64,000 nt of DNA. Origin: Isurus oxyrinchus. Lineage: Eukaryota. The stretch lies in assembly GCA_026770705.1 (NCBI GenBank), contig JANJGN010000026.1, forward strand, positions 36,270,001-36,334,000, in the 5' to 3' direction. Shown here one piece after another: positions 62,380 through 64,000 of the stretch. Within the stretch, counting starts at the first letter, position 1. The number at the start of each line of letters is the position of its first letter. The notes beneath the pieces are model-generated. The model worked only from the letters and a program-made list of their open reading frames with translations, was not told the origin of the DNA and searched no databases. The translations under genes were made by a program, and so were the position numbers.

Positions 62380-62875
62380 TATCTTATTTAGAAGTCTTGA
62401 ATAGTTTGGGTCAATGTCCAGTTGATTTTAGAAGATTGATAAGTAATTTAGACATGCATGATCCTGAGGTGGAGGGGGATGGGGCGGCGGTTGCGTCTTG
62501 ACAGCGTAGATACAGGGCGGATATTTCCACTTGTGGGAGTGACCAGAATTAGGTAACAGAGTTTAAGAATAACAGTGCTACCTTTAAGACGGAAATGAAG
62601 AGATTTGTTTTTCTCTCAGTTGTTCCTTCGTTTGTGGAATTCTTTTCCCCAGGAAGCAGTGGAGGCTGGTCAATAAATTTATTCAAGGGTGAATTATGTT
62701 GCGCTAATACTAGCTAGATTTTTTTGTAGACAAGGGACTCAAGGGGCAGACGGAAAAGTGAAGTTGAGACCACAAGCAGATCAGCCATGAACGTATCGAA
62801 TGGTGCATCAGGCTCTAAGGGCTGAATGGCCTACTTCTGCTCCATGGTCTCATGGTCGTATTTTTATATGTTTCA
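62380..62875 (+). mobile_element. CR1 LINE 3' fragment
   Basis: Homologous to the CR1 3' ends at 46400-46850 and 52300-52757. Confidence 0.65.
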
Positions 62876-64000
62876 CGAGAGAATGTGGATGGTTGTGAGA
62901 GGTTTGAAACACAGAATGACAATGTCGTGATCTGGTGTATTATAAACAGCGACATGGGATGGCCGTGTGTGACAGGAACTAAACAATTGTCTGGTGAAAC
63001 ATGAACCGCGCCAAAATATGTTCTGACATGATCGCCGAACATGATCAAATCTCATGAAATTTGATGCGATTTAATGTAATATGGACAAGATCCAATAAAT
63101 TAATAACAGAGACAGGGTCTAATCTAACATAAACGTGGATATTTTCCCCTTCAAAGAGAACTGAGACAGGGACTTGTATTACGTAACAGGTCCAAACTCA
63201 AATACAATAATAATTGAAAACGGATTTTGTGTGACGTCAACAAAATCATTGCCTTGTTCAGTATGAAAAATGTAAAGATCTAGTGTGGCATTGCCAGGAC
63301 TTGCATTTGCATACATTCAGAATGATGTGTTATGTGCTTTGCATGCACATGTGCTGCACAAACGAAATACGCAAACATGCATAGTACAGCATAGTATATG
63401 GTTTACATACATACACACACGCACACGTAATTGGTAGGGCATAACACCACCCTGAATTAGTAAACTTTCACATTACACTTTTTGCCCTTAAATGTGCAAC
63501 GTACGGTGCTGACAATTAGTACCACCCTTCAATCCTGCTTCCCCCTCGGAGTTACAAGGTTCATCCGAACTTTTCAACGAAATATTACGTCCTCAGGGTC
63601 TCAGGAAGCTTTAAGTCTGAACTTGTTTTCAAGCATAGTCGATATTGTAATGCAGGAAATATTAGTTCCACAGAGGGAAGCGGCAATGTGAAATTATTTG
63701 CCAGAAAGATTTGTCAATCTGAGTTTAATGGGAATAAAGGAATGGCGGGATTCAGGCACTTCTGCAAAATTTCAATTTGTGGCCAATAATAATAACAATG
63801 TCATTAAGTTACAAAATTATCAGCATATCCCAGTATCTCTTTATGAAACATTGACGAACCAATTTGGATGAAAGAAAAATGCCCCTCCTTTTCTTCGGGC
63901 AATCAGGTAGCATTGGACCATGAAATACAATGATTCCCAGAGCTCACTGTTTAATATTCCTTTGCCACAACACCTACATATTATGTACAAGCACTTGCGC

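Overview
Eukaryotic genomic DNA, almost certainly from a cartilaginous fish (shark), judged from NAR-TCR segments, KRAB-less C2H2 genes, GPR139-like receptors and CR1/L2/Penelope repeats. The left part (1-20 kb) is a cluster of C2H2 zinc-finger genes among retroelement debris. The middle (22.7-33.6 kb) is a two-exon GPR139/142-like GPCR on the minus strand whose intron holds a full-length but defective Tx1/L1 retrotransposon with a 17-bp TSD. The core (35.9-53.5 kb, minus strand) is two tandem, pseudogenised NAR-TCR cassettes. Each runs leader - NAR-type V (FR1 Cys) - 12/12 D - J - leaderless supporting TCR-delta V (CDR1 Cys seen in cassette 1). No D-delta, J-delta or C-delta is visible in the window. 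The most unusual observation is that each supporting V-delta is followed by a head-to-tail array of 23-RSSs (~62-bp unit; five near-consensus plus one decayed in cassette 1) instead of a single RSS. Second, cassette 2 carries deletions across three RSS heptamer/coding borders, which could be germline RAG cut-and-reseal scars. A second GPCR (pseudogene), a Penelope-borne minimal hammerhead ribozyme, satellites and a templated inverted insertion lie to the right. All calls are by eye; repeat boundaries are approximate.
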